Part shown: one piece after another, positions 27,130 through 36,379 of the stretch
Layout of the letters: every line of letters starts with the position of its first letter
How positions within the stretch are numbered: position 1 is the first letter of the stretch
DNA from: Candidatus Pyrohabitans jungbluthii
GTDB taxonomy: Archaea > Hydrothermarchaeota > Hydrothermarchaeia > Hydrothermarchaeales > BMS3B
Assembly: GCA_002010065.2 (NCBI GenBank)
Contig: MTMD02000001.1
Span: 77,692 to 141,691 of the forward strand
DNA: 64,000 nucleotides
Reading direction: 5' to 3'
Program-made: the position numbers and the translations under genes
The notes under the pieces: model-generated
Databases searched by the model: none
The model's input: only the letters and a program-made list of their open reading frames with translations
What the model was told of the DNA's origin: nothing

Positions 27130-27297
27130 GTGAGCCAGGGCATTAAAGTTGGAGTGGGAAAGGAGTGGAGCAAGCTGTGGAACACCGAAGAGTGGTGGGC
27201 CGTGTGGGAGGCATTGCTTAAACTCTCTGGCTATGGAAACAGAAAAGATGCGCAGATAGAGAAGGTCTTGAGATACAGCAAAAGCAGCAGGAGATAA
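27130..27297 (+). CDS. Small Trp-rich hypothetical protein (55 aa)
   Basis: GTG start after AGGTGG: MSQGIKVGVGKEWSKLWNTEEWWAVWEALLKLSGYGNRKDAQIEKVLRYSKSSRR. Below the ORF-track cutoff. Confidence 0.45.
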   Translation: MSQGIKVGVGKEWSKLWNTEEWWAVWEALLKLSGYGNRKDAQIEKVLRYSKSSRR

Positions 27298-27323
27298 TCA
27301 CTAAAACTCCATAAACAAAGCTC

Positions 27324-27566
27324 ATGGGTATTCCGATGAAACAGATACATGCCAATAAAATCATAGTGCTTAACAAAACCTTCTGTCCACCTGCAGCGGT
27401 GGTGCTCTCCAGCCTAAAGAAGGCAAAGGCAGGAGAGGTGCTCCACATCAAGGCTTCAGCGTGCCATGCCCAGCTTGTAGCTGACTTAGCTGAGCGCGTA
27501 GGGGCCGAGGTGATATTTAAGGATAAAAATGGCACCTGCACCAGCTTCTGGATTTTGAAAAAGTAG
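27324..27566 (+). CDS. TusA-like protein (FCPP variant), copy 2
   Basis: NKTFCPPAAVVLSSLKKAKAGEVLHIKASAC...FWILKK. Clear paralog of 18395..18625. Confidence 0.7.
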   Translation: MGIPMKQIHANKIIVLNKTFCPPAAVVLSSLKKAKAGEVLHIKASACHAQLVADLAERVGAEVIFKDKNGTCTSFWILKK

Positions 27567-27567
27567 G

Positions 27568-28278
27568 TTAGCGGAGGTACTCAGCCAGCCTGCTCTCAAG
27601 CTCAGGCATATACGGTGCCAGCATCGCCTGAAGCACGCGGTCTAGGTTAAAGAAGAAAGCTACTCCTGCGATTATCAGCACCCAGCCTGCGATTTTTTTT
27701 GCATAGACGTTGTACCTGCTGACGCTCGCCACCCTGCTGGTGGCAAACTTCCCGAGATAAGCCACAGCAAGCATTGGTATGCCCAGACCTATTGAATATG
27801 CAAAGAGGGAAACCCCACCCGTAACCACATCGCTGGTTACAAGCATCAGCACCGGGCCAAGCACCGGTCCGACGCAGGGTATCCACACTATACCGAGGGA
27901 TAGGCCAAGAAGGAGTGCCCCTAAATAACCTTCTCTCTGCTTTGATGTGAAGCCAGGGATACTGAGCTTGTTGAGGAGCATAGTGGAGTACATCACAAAG
28001 TAGCTGTTCAGCCTCTCGCTAACAAGCATAGCACCCATGAGTATTATGAGGATGATTCCAAATATGCGCAATCCCCCAGAGATGGGTCCCATAGCTTCTC
28101 TGAAAATAGAGGTGAGCACGCCCATGACGGTGAATGTTATGCTCATCCCGGCGACGATTATAAGGGGACGAAGCTTAGAGCCAGCGCCACCAGCCATCAC
28201 CACCGGCACAAGGGGGAAAACGCAGGGTGAGGTGATACTCACTATGCCAGCGAGAAAGGACATGAGCACCAACTTCAT
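27568..28278 (-). CDS. ccdA: CcdA/DsbD-beta transmembrane disulfide reductase
   Basis: SPCVFPLVP and WIPCVGPVL. Confidence 0.92.
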   Translation of the reverse strand: MKLVLMSFLAGIVSITSPCVFPLVPVVMAGGAGSKLRPLIIVAGMSITFTVMGVLTSIFREAMGPISGGLRIFGIILIILMGAMLVSERLNSYFVMYSTMLLNKLSIPGFTSKQREGYLGALLLGLSLGIVWIPCVGPVLGPVLMLVTSDVVTGGVSLFAYSIGLGIPMLAVAYLGKFATSRVASVSRYNVYAKKIAGWVLIIAGVAFFFNLDRVLQAMLAPYMPELESRLAEYLR

Positions 28279-28356
28279 TCAGAACACCTTCATAGCTTGC
28301 CAAAACTACCGAGGCAAAAACCTTTAAAAATTGCAGGGTAATAATTACTGGGGTAG

Positions 28357-29276
<920 letters not shown>

Positions 29277-29277
<1 letters not shown>

Positions 29278-29738
29278 TGGAGAGAGACATACGGGTGAGG
29301 AAGATCAAGGACGGTACCGTCATAGACCACATCACCGCCGGGCAGGCGCTCAATGTGCTGAAGATAATAGGCATAACCCGGGAATTTCCGAAGACAACTG
29401 TAACCGTGGCGATAAATGTGCCTTCCCGGAAAGCGGGGCTGAAGGACATAGTGAAGGTCGAGGGGAAGGAGCTGAGAAGCGAAGAGGTGGACAAGATTGC
29501 GCTTATCGCCCCCAAGGCGACAATAAACATAATTCGCAACTACCAGGTGGTGGAGAAGAAGGAGGTCTCTATACCGCCAAAGCTTGAGGGCGTGCTGAAG
29601 TGCGCCAACCCTAACTGCATAACCCACTTTGAGCCTGTTAAAACTAAGTTTCATGTGGAGAAGAAGGAGCCCATAAAGCTTCGGTGCCATTACTGCGAGC
29701 GAGTAATGAGTGAGGCAGAGATAGTGAGGCAGTTCTAG
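29277..29738 (+). CDS. pyrI: Aspartate carbamoyltransferase regulatory subunit
   Basis: IKDGTVIDHI, CANPNCIT, CHYCE. Confidence 0.98.
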
Positions 29739-29743
29739 CGCAT

Positions 29744-30679
29744 ATGGACGTAGCAGAAATCCGCCAGAGGTTTGCAGAGATCAACCCGAAATTCGTGAAG
29801 AGGTACGCAAAGATAGACGATACTGACGAGTTTTACATATACTCAGCAAAGCCTCTGCGACCAAGCATACGGGTTAATACTCTAAAAGCAGATGTCGAAG
29901 AGGTTGTGGAGAGGCTCAGCGAGAGGTTTGAGCTTGAGCCTGTGCCCTGGTGTCCCGAGGGCTTCTGGGTGAGAGGGGAAGAGAAAGTGAGTACTACCAT
30001 GGAGCATGCTCTGGGCTTAATTTTTGTTCAGGAAGCGGCGTCCATGCTTCCCCCAGTGGTTTTAGACGTGGAGCCGGGCATGCTTGTGCTGGATGTTGCC
30101 GCCTCGCCTGGAGCGAAAAGCACGCAGATAGCCCAGTACATGCGCAACCAGGGCTGTCTCATTGCCAATGACGTTAGGATGGAGCGAGCAAGGATACTCG
30201 CCTCCAACCTGCAGCGCTGCGGAGTGCTCATCGCAAAGGTTACCCTTAGCGATGGGCGGAGCTTTTCCAGGTATCGCGAAACCTTTGACCGCGTGCTTCT
30301 AGACGCACCATGCAGCAACGCTGGCATGGTGCGCAAGAACTACAAGTACCTCAAAATATGGGGACAGCGCCGCCCTAAAAAGTACTCCAAGCTTCAGAAG
30401 GAACTTATAAGCGCTGCCTATGAGGCGTTAAAGCCGGGTGGGGTGCTGGTCTACTCCACCTGCACCCTTGACCCGGTGGAGAATGAGGGGGTGGTTGACC
30501 ACCTGCTGATGAACACAGATGCAGAGATTGAGGAGCCAAAGCTTCCTGTTAAGAGGCATCCTGCGTTTTTAGAGTTTGAGGGCAAGAGCTACACCAGCGA
30601 GGTGCGCAAGTGCCTGCGCCTGCATCCCCAGGACAATGACACCGAGGGTTTCTTCGTGGCGAAGGTGGTGAAGCCATGA
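29744..30679 (+). CDS. NOL1/NOP2/RsmF-family RNA m5C methyltransferase
   Basis: QEAASM, DVAASPGAKS, LLDAPCS, YSTCT. Confidence 0.95.
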   Translation: MDVAEIRQRFAEINPKFVKRYAKIDDTDEFYIYSAKPLRPSIRVNTLKADVEEVVERLSERFELEPVPWCPEGFWVRGEEKVSTTMEHALGLIFVQEAASMLPPVVLDVEPGMLVLDVAASPGAKSTQIAQYMRNQGCLIANDVRMERARILASNLQRCGVLIAKVTLSDGRSFSRYRETFDRVLLDAPCSNAGMVRKNYKYLKIWGQRRPKKYSKLQKELISAAYEALKPGGVLVYSTCTLDPVENEGVVDHLLMNTDAEIEEPKLPVKRHPAFLEFEGKSYTSEVRKCLRLHPQDNDTEGFFVAKVVKP

Positions 30680-31077
30680 GCGTTACAATGGTACTTGAAC
30701 TCCTCAAGGAGCAGTTCGGTGTCGAGAGCATTGACTTCAAGCTGCGCGAAGGCGGAAGCGGGCGTTATTACGCCTACAGGGAATGCGAGCTTGAGATTGA
30801 GGAGTTCGCCTCTGGGGTATACTTCGGAAAGCTGGAGAAAGATGGTCTTCGCCTCTCTGTGGAAGGGTGCTATCTTGTGGGGAGGAATGCTACAAAGGGT
30901 ATGGTGGAGGTGAGCAGAGAGCAGGCGGAGCAATGGATGCGCGGCGAAGACCTGGAGATTGAGGCTAGGGGCTATGTGATTCTCCGCTGGGGGAGCTACT
31001 TCTTAGGATGCGGAAAGGGCAAAGGTGGGAAGATTCTGAACTACCTGCCAAAGGAGAGGAGGGTGCCTTCACCGTAA
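30676..31077 (+). CDS. RsmF-C/NIP7-like PUA domain protein
   Basis: GVYFG...GLRLSVEG, WMRGEDL, ILNYLPKERR. Translationally coupled to the m5C methyltransferase. Confidence 0.8.
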   Translation: MSVTMVLELLKEQFGVESIDFKLREGGSGRYYAYRECELEIEEFASGVYFGKLEKDGLRLSVEGCYLVGRNATKGMVEVSREQAEQWMRGEDLEIEARGYVILRWGSYFLGCGKGKGGKILNYLPKERRVPSP

Positions 31078-31078
31078 C

Positions 31079-31127
31079 CTTTATATACCTAATCATGCTA
31101 CTATGTAGCATGCTAACAAATAGCATG
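31079..31127 (+). promoter_or_regulatory. TATA box plus tandem palindromic operator of the aroA'-aroB' operon
   Basis: TTTATATA at 31080-31087, then CATGCTA-N5-TAGCATG twice (31094-31112 and 31109-31127). Confidence 0.65.
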
Positions 31128-31138
31128 AAGGTGGAAAG

Positions 31139-31936
31139 ATGAGCGAGATTGGCAAGCGCGTCAGACTTGAGAGGATAATAAACCGCGAGACGAGAAAGAC
31201 AATAATAGTTCCCATGGACCATGGCGTGAGCTCAGGACCAATCGCGGGCTTAATAGACATGCCTGCAGCGGTGAACAGCGTTGCTGAGGGTGGAGCGAAT
31301 GCGGTGCTTCTCCATAAGGGCATAATCAAACATGGACACCGCGGCTATGGGCGAGATATTGGTCTAATAATGCATCTCTCCGGAAGCACCTCGCTTTCAC
31401 CTGACCCCAACAACAAGGTGCTCGTCGCAACAGTAGAGGAGGCGATAAAACTCGGAGCAGACGCTGTAAGCATCCATGTCAATGTAGGCGCGGACGACGA
31501 AGCTGAGATGCTCACCCAGCTTGGCGAGATAAGCGCAAAGTGCATGGAGTGGGGCATACCTCTCCTAGCTATGATGTACCCCAGGGGAAGGAAAATTGAG
31601 AGCGAGCACGACGTTGAGGTGGTTAAGCACGCTGCCCGCGTGGGTGCAGAGCTGGGCGCAGATATAGTTAAGACGAACTACACAGGAGACGTGGATACCT
31701 TCAAAGAGGTTGTCAAGGGCTGCCCGGTGCCGGTGGTTATTGCAGGTGGCCCCAAGATGAGCACCGACCGCGAAGTGCTTGAGATGGTAGCAGGCGCAAT
31801 AGAGGCTGGCGCTGCGGGAACGAGCATAGGCAGAAACATTTTCCAGCACACCTCGCCAACTAAAATGGTGCGCGCCATCGCGGCGATAGTGCATGAAGGT
31901 AAAAGTGTGGATGAGGCTATGAAGCTTCTCCAGTAG
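31139..31936 (+). CDS. aroA': 2-amino-3,7-dideoxy-D-threo-hept-6-ulosonate synthase (DhnA-type aldolase)
   Basis: [43 protein letters not shown]. Adjacent to DHQ synthase II. Confidence 0.94.
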   Translation: MSEIGKRVRLERIINRETRKTIIVPMDHGVSSGPIAGLIDMPAAVNSVAEGGANAVLLHKGIIKHGHRGYGRDIGLIMHLSGSTSLSPDPNNKVLVATVEEAIKLGADAVSIHVNVGADDEAEMLTQLGEISAKCMEWGIPLLAMMYPRGRKIESEHDVEVVKHAARVGAELGADIVKTNYTGDVDTFKEVVKGCPVPVVIAGGPKMSTDREVLEMVAGAIEAGAAGTSIGRNIFQHTSPTKMVRAIAAIVHEGKSVDEAMKLLQ

Positions 31937-31939
31937 CGA

Positions 31940-32011
31940 AACTTCGTCACCCTATCGCTTCGCGAGACGGGTAACTTCGTCACCCTATCGCCTGACGGCG
32001 AAACGGGTAAC
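31940..32011. repeat. Two tandem imperfect hairpin repeats (REP-like)
   Basis: AACTTCGTCACCCTATCGC at 31940 and 31973, each followed by a variable loop and GCGA(G/A)ACGGGTAAC. Confidence 0.75.
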
Positions 32012-32053
32012 CCTTATTACCTCTTCATGCAAAGATTATGCAAAGGTGGTGCA

Positions 32054-33166
32054 ATGAAGTTTTTCTGGGTAGATGCAACCTCTGGCGAAAGCTGGGATGA
32101 GCGTAAGGCAGTAATAACCACCAGCCTTGAATCAGGCGCCGCTGGCGTGGTGGTGCGCAGCGAGGACGCAGAGAAGGCTGCCAAGCTGGGCAAGGTGAAG
32201 CTGGTCTGCGAGGGCGATGGATGCGATTGTACGCTGGTGCGCTTCGCCGATAAGGAGCTTCCCTCAAGGCTGGAAGAACTGGAGGATATGGCTCTGGTCA
32301 GAGAACTAAAGGAGAAGGGCAGGGAAGTCGCTGCCTACGTTGAGATTCTCAGCAAAGCCCACGAGAGGTTGGCGGCGCAATTAGCAAGGCTCGCCGATTA
32401 TATAATCGTTGTGGGGAAGGACTGGAAGGTAATCCCCCTTGAGAACCTCATAGCAGAGCTTCAGAAGGAAGATGTGAAGGTAATCGCTGGCGTTAAAAAC
32501 GCGGAGGATGCAAAGCTAGCGCTTGAGACCCTCGAGGTGGGTACAGATGGCGTGCTCTTAGAGAGCGATGACGTTAATGAAATAAAGCGCGTCTCAAGCA
32601 TAGTTTCGCGCAGTGCGGAGAGGCTTGAGCTAACCTGCGCGAAGGTTGTGAATCTCAGGCAGGTGGGCATGGGCGACCGCGTGTGTATAGACACTGCCTC
32701 GCTGCTAAAGATAGGAGAGGGTATGCTGGTTGGAAGCCAGGCGGCTGGGCTCTTTCTTATCCACTCAGAAACTCTGGAGAGCGAGTATGTTGCCTCTCGC
32801 CCATTCCGCGTGAATGCAGGGGCAGTGCACGCTTATGTTCTTGCCCCGGGAGGAAAGACGCGCTACCTGAGCGAACTTAAGGCAGGGGACGAGGTTTTAG
32901 CAGTCGATGCTGAAGGAAACACCCGCAGGGTTATTGTGGGCAGGGTGAAGATAGAGCGTCGCCCTCTAATGCTGGTTGAAGCGGAGGTGGATGGCAGAGT
33001 TTACAAGACACTGCTCCAGAACGCTGAGACCATCAACCTAGTCACCAAGGACGGAAAGCCCATCTCTGTGGCGAAACTCAAGGTTGGGGATGAGGTGCTG
33101 ATTTACTGCGCCAGCGAGGGCAGGCACTTCGGCATGGAAGTGGAGGAGACGGTAATAGAGCGGTGA
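32054..33166 (+). CDS. aroB': 3-dehydroquinate synthase II
   Basis: DWKVIPLENLIA, GMGDRVCIDT, RPFRVNAGAVH, RVKIERRPL, LQNAETI, GRHFG. Confidence 0.95.
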   Translation: MKFFWVDATSGESWDERKAVITTSLESGAAGVVVRSEDAEKAAKLGKVKLVCEGDGCDCTLVRFADKELPSRLEELEDMALVRELKEKGREVAAYVEILSKAHERLAAQLARLADYIIVVGKDWKVIPLENLIAELQKEDVKVIAGVKNAEDAKLALETLEVGTDGVLLESDDVNEIKRVSSIVSRSAERLELTCAKVVNLRQVGMGDRVCIDTASLLKIGEGMLVGSQAAGLFLIHSETLESEYVASRPFRVNAGAVHAYVLAPGGKTRYLSELKAGDEVLAVDAEGNTRRVIVGRVKIERRPLMLVEAEVDGRVYKTLLQNAETINLVTKDGKPISVAKLKVGDEVLIYCASEGRHFGMEVEETVIER

Positions 33167-33781
33167 TTATCGCCCTTTCTCTAATGCTTTTTTAAACGCG
33201 GCGATGTGCACCTCACCGGCGAAGTGCAGCGGAGCCTTTTTACCCTGAGCAACTTCATACCCGGCGGCGGCTCTGCATATGAACTGCACCTCAAGGGCAA
33301 ATCGCTGCACAGCCTTTTCCACAGGCATGCCCACTATTTTCTCTGCCGCTTCCCAGGTGGCGCCGCAGGGTGCACCCTTCTTCACCCTTACGTTGGCGAC
33401 CTTTCCCTCGCGTACCTCAACCTCAAGCTCCGGCGTGCCAAAGCGCCGAGCGTATTCCCCTGCTTCCTTCACCTCGCCCAGACCGCAGCACGTGGGCGGG
33501 GTTATTGCGCCGGCGATGCGCCTCCCTGGAGAGATAACTGGTATCCCCTTGCGTTTCGCAACTTCGGCGAGAAACTCACTCAGGTCAGGATGATAAAGGT
33601 AGTCAAGCACAAGCTCAGCCTCGAAATCGCTGGAAATGTAATCCTCGGGCTCATCTATAATCTCCGGCAGCACCTCAGGTACTGTAAAAATCTTTGTTAT
33701 CTCAATATCTCTGCCATACTTTTCAATACCAGCTATTTTGTGGATTCCTCGCCCACCCCTCTGAAAAACAACAATCCTCAT
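33167..33781 (-). CDS. DUF166-family protein
   Basis: IIDEPEDY, HPDL, PPTCCGL, FGTPELEV, GAPCGATW, LHFAGEVH. Confidence 0.8.
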   Translation of the reverse strand: MRIVVFQRGGRGIHKIAGIEKYGRDIEITKIFTVPEVLPEIIDEPEDYISSDFEAELVLDYLYHPDLSEFLAEVAKRKGIPVISPGRRIAGAITPPTCCGLGEVKEAGEYARRFGTPELEVEVREGKVANVRVKKGAPCGATWEAAEKIVGMPVEKAVQRFALEVQFICRAAAGYEVAQGKKAPLHFAGEVHIAAFKKALEKGR

Positions 33782-33921
33782 CACGGACCCGGCTGAAAAT
33801 CTGGGCAGCTCCTGTTTTTCTCTATATTCAAATTCCAGCGGTTATGCATAAGGCACCTGTACCGCATGTTGTAGTCAGTTATCAAATTCTCCAGCAGGGC
33901 ACAGTCCTCGCACCTTACCAT
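33781..33921 (-). CDS. Small Cys-rich protein (46 aa)
   Basis: GGTGGT ribosome site. MVRCEDCALLENLITDYNMRYRCLMHNRWNLNIEKNRSCPDFQPGP. TGATG coupling to DUF166. Not in ORF track. Confidence 0.65.
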   Translation of the reverse strand: MVRCEDCALLENLITDYNMRYRCLMHNRWNLNIEKNRSCPDFQPGP

Positions 33922-34025
33922 GGCACCACCATAGCTGCTGGGATTTAGGGTTTTTGTGGGTTGTTGTGTATATAAATGTTTCCCTTAATTTCTATTTTTT
34001 TCTACCCTAACTCCTGCCTTCCAAG

Positions 34026-34352
34026 CTATTCATTATTTTTATTATAATGCTCAACCTCCACGTCCAGAGTAATTACCAGACCCTCGCCCAGCATTTCCTT
34101 TATTTTTGGAAGCACGCTCTCTATTGCACCGCTCTCTGCTATGGTGTCAATAACCACAGGCAGGTCCATGCTGAATCTTAAAATGTCAACTGAGTGTTCG
34201 CCACTCTTTGGACCATAGCTCTCTATCCCTCTGAGCACAGTTGCTCCAGGTATGCCGCTCCTCTTTAAAAGCTCCAGCACCGCCTTGTAGGCAGGCTTCC
34301 CTTTGTATTTATAACTTTCACCTATGTAAATTCTAAGCCATTTAGCTTTCAC
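34026..34352 (-). CDS. DUF190 PII-like protein
   Basis: LRIYIGES, GATVLRGIESYG, SMDLPVVI. Typical partner of crcB. Confidence 0.9.
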   Translation of the reverse strand: MKAKWLRIYIGESYKYKGKPAYKAVLELLKRSGIPGATVLRGIESYGPKSGEHSVDILRFSMDLPVVIDTIAESGAIESVLPKIKEMLGEGLVITLDVEVEHYNKNNE

Positions 34353-34696
34353 AGAATCCCTCCTGACAGTTTTTTGCCCAAGGCAAAGGCTATAGCACCA
34401 AGGAACAGGTTAAGAGTTATATTTAAAAGAAAACCCTTAAAGTTTCCCCTTTCCGCTAACCTGAAGCTCTCATAGCTCAGAGTTGAGAAGGTTGTGAGGG
34501 AGCCAGAAAAACCCACGGCAAAGAAGAAGTATACTTCATTCCTACCTTCTATGAAAAAGGGGAGAAGAAAGCAGCCCAGAGTGTTCACTGTGAGAGTACC
34601 TAGGGGTATTTCCTTGAATCCAGGAATTCTGTAGAGGTAGTAGCGCAGCGCTGCACCTAAAGAGCCTCCCAGGGCAACGAGAATAGCGCTTTCCAT
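34349..34696 (-). CDS. crcB: Fluoride channel CrcB/Fluc (copy 2)
   Basis: GGSLGAALRY, GTLTVNTLGC, GFSGSLTTFST. Confidence 0.93.
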   Translation of the reverse strand: MESAILVALGGSLGAALRYYLYRIPGFKEIPLGTLTVNTLGCFLLPFFIEGRNEVYFFFAVGFSGSLTTFSTLSYESFRLAERGNFKGFLLNITLNLFLGAIAFALGKKLSGGIL

Positions 34697-34700
34697 TCAC

Positions 34701-35090
34701 TCAATCCCTCCTGGCAAGGTACAGAGCGAAAGCTCTGCCTGAGTAAACTGAAGCAAGACCCAGAATAAAGTTTGAGGTGATATAGATAAAGCTCTGAAGG
34801 AAAGGAAGGTTGAAAGCATCGTAAATAAAAGTAGAAAAGGTGGTGAAGCTTCCCAAGATGCCTGCTGCTATAAGAACTCTGCTCTGCGCTGACAGGGCAC
34901 CAATATATATCTCCTCGTACATGAGAAAGCCCAGCAAAAGGCACCCGAGGATATTAACAGCCAGAGTTGAGTAGGGCTGGGGTATTGCGCCGGAGAAGAT
35001 ATAGCGGAGGGTTGCTCCAGCACCACCCCCAAGGGCCACAAGAATGTAGGGCTCGACAGCTACAAGCTTGTAATAGGCTGAGTTCTTCAA
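34701..35090 (-). CDS. crcB: Fluoride channel CrcB/Fluc (copy 1)
   Basis: GGGAGATLRY, TLAVNILGC, GILGSFTTFST. TTG start 7 nt after GGAGGT; the ATG at 35138 lies inside the riboswitch. Confidence 0.92.
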   Translation of the reverse strand: MKNSAYYKLVAVEPYILVALGGGAGATLRYIFSGAIPQPYSTLAVNILGCLLLGFLMYEEIYIGALSAQSRVLIAAGILGSFTTFSTFIYDAFNLPFLQSFIYITSNFILGLASVYSGRAFALYLARRD

Positions 35091-35127
35091 GAAGTGAACC
35101 TCCTGATGAAGCCTCGTCAGCTCAATA

Positions 35128-35184
35128 AAAGGAGTCATCAGCCCTCAGTAGGCTTTGGTGCAGGTGGACGACTCCATCACCCTC
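35128..35184 (-). promoter_or_regulatory. Fluoride riboswitch (crcB motif)
   Basis: Minus strand GGGTGATGGAGTC-GTC-CACC...AAAGCC...GGGCTGATGACTCCT. P1 GGTG/CACC, pseudoknot GGAGTC/GACTCC, conserved GATGG and CTGATGA. Directly upstream of crcB-crcB-DUF190. Confidence 0.88.
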
Positions 35185-35320
35185 TCTTCCATCATCTGAT
35201 AACAGCATAAATGTTTTTTATTCACTATTTATTACTCAGCCCAATCAGTTTAAGGAATAACCCACAGCACCAACCTCAATATTTTTAACTCCCAAGAGCA
35301 ATACAAAGCGTGTGGTGGAT

Positions 35321-36346
35321 ATGAAGACAATTGAGCTTAAAGGCGAAAAGGTTGTAATGATAGACCAGACGCTTCTCCCGCGGGAAGTTAAGCTTATAGA
35401 GTGCATCGACACAGAGTGCATCGCCGAGGCGATAGAAAACCTGAGAATACGCGGCGCACCCGCGCTGGGCGTTGCCGCCGCCTTCGCCCTCGCCCAGACG
35501 GCGCTGAAGTATGCGAACTCGCCGAGAGAGGTTGTACTTTCCGAGCTGGAGAAGACCTACAAGCGCATAAAGGCTACCCGCCCCACTGCGGTAAACCTGC
35601 ACCTAGCTCTCGAGAGGGTTATGAGCAGGGCAAGGGAAAGTGAAAACCCGGCTGAAGCTGCGTATAAAGAGGCTCTCAGGATTTACGATGAGGATTTCGA
35701 GGCGAACAAGAGGCTGGGCGAGTACGGAGCTGAGCTTCTCGAAGATGGCGACGTCGTGCTTACGCACTGCAACACCGGTGCCCTTGCCACAGCCAGCTAC
35801 GGCACCGCATTGGGTGTTATAATCACAGCATGGCATCAGGGCAAGAAGCTTAAGGTGTTTGCCGACGAAACGCGACCACTACTCCAGGGGGCTCGTCTCA
35901 CAGCCTGGGAGCTGGTCCAGGAGGATATACCGGTGACGGTTATCACAGACAGCAGCGCCGCCTATGTGATGCGCACCCAGGGGGTGAGCAAGGTTATAGT
36001 GGGCGCTGACAGAATCGCTGCCAACGGCGATACCGCCAACAAGATAGGAACCTATTCCCTTGCGATACTCGCAAAGGAACACGGGATACCATTCTACGTC
36101 GCCGCTCCCCTCTCAACGATAGACCTGGCGACGCCCAGCGGTGAGCACATACCCGTGGAATACAGGAAGCGCGAGGAGATTGAGTTCTTCAACGGCCAGC
36201 GCATTGTGCCTGCGGAAGCAGAAATACTCAACCCGGCGTTCGACGTTACACCTGCGGAGTACATCTCCGGCATAATAACAGAAGCCGGTGTGCTCACCCC
36301 ACCCTACGAGGAGAGCATACGAAGAGCTTTCGAGAGAAAGCGCTAA
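35321..36346 (+). CDS. mtnA: Methylthioribose-1-phosphate isomerase
   Basis: IDQTLLP, IRGAPALG, TRPTAVNL, THCNTGALAT, ETRPLLQGARLT, NPAFDVTP. Confidence 0.95.
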   Translation: MKTIELKGEKVVMIDQTLLPREVKLIECIDTECIAEAIENLRIRGAPALGVAAAFALAQTALKYANSPREVVLSELEKTYKRIKATRPTAVNLHLALERVMSRARESENPAEAAYKEALRIYDEDFEANKRLGEYGAELLEDGDVVLTHCNTGALATASYGTALGVIITAWHQGKKLKVFADETRPLLQGARLTAWELVQEDIPVTVITDSSAAYVMRTQGVSKVIVGADRIAANGDTANKIGTYSLAILAKEHGIPFYVAAPLSTIDLATPSGEHIPVEYRKREEIEFFNGQRIVPAEAEILNPAFDVTPAEYISGIITEAGVLTPPYEESIRRAFERKR

Positions 36347-36379
36347 GTTATTTATATAAACCAGGGGTTTAATGCTATT

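Noticed and set aside
31940-32011. Possible mini CRISPR array or complete attC site
   Set aside because: Only two units, no unique spacers of CRISPR length, no cas genes, and no paired RYYYAAC/GTTRRRY ends.
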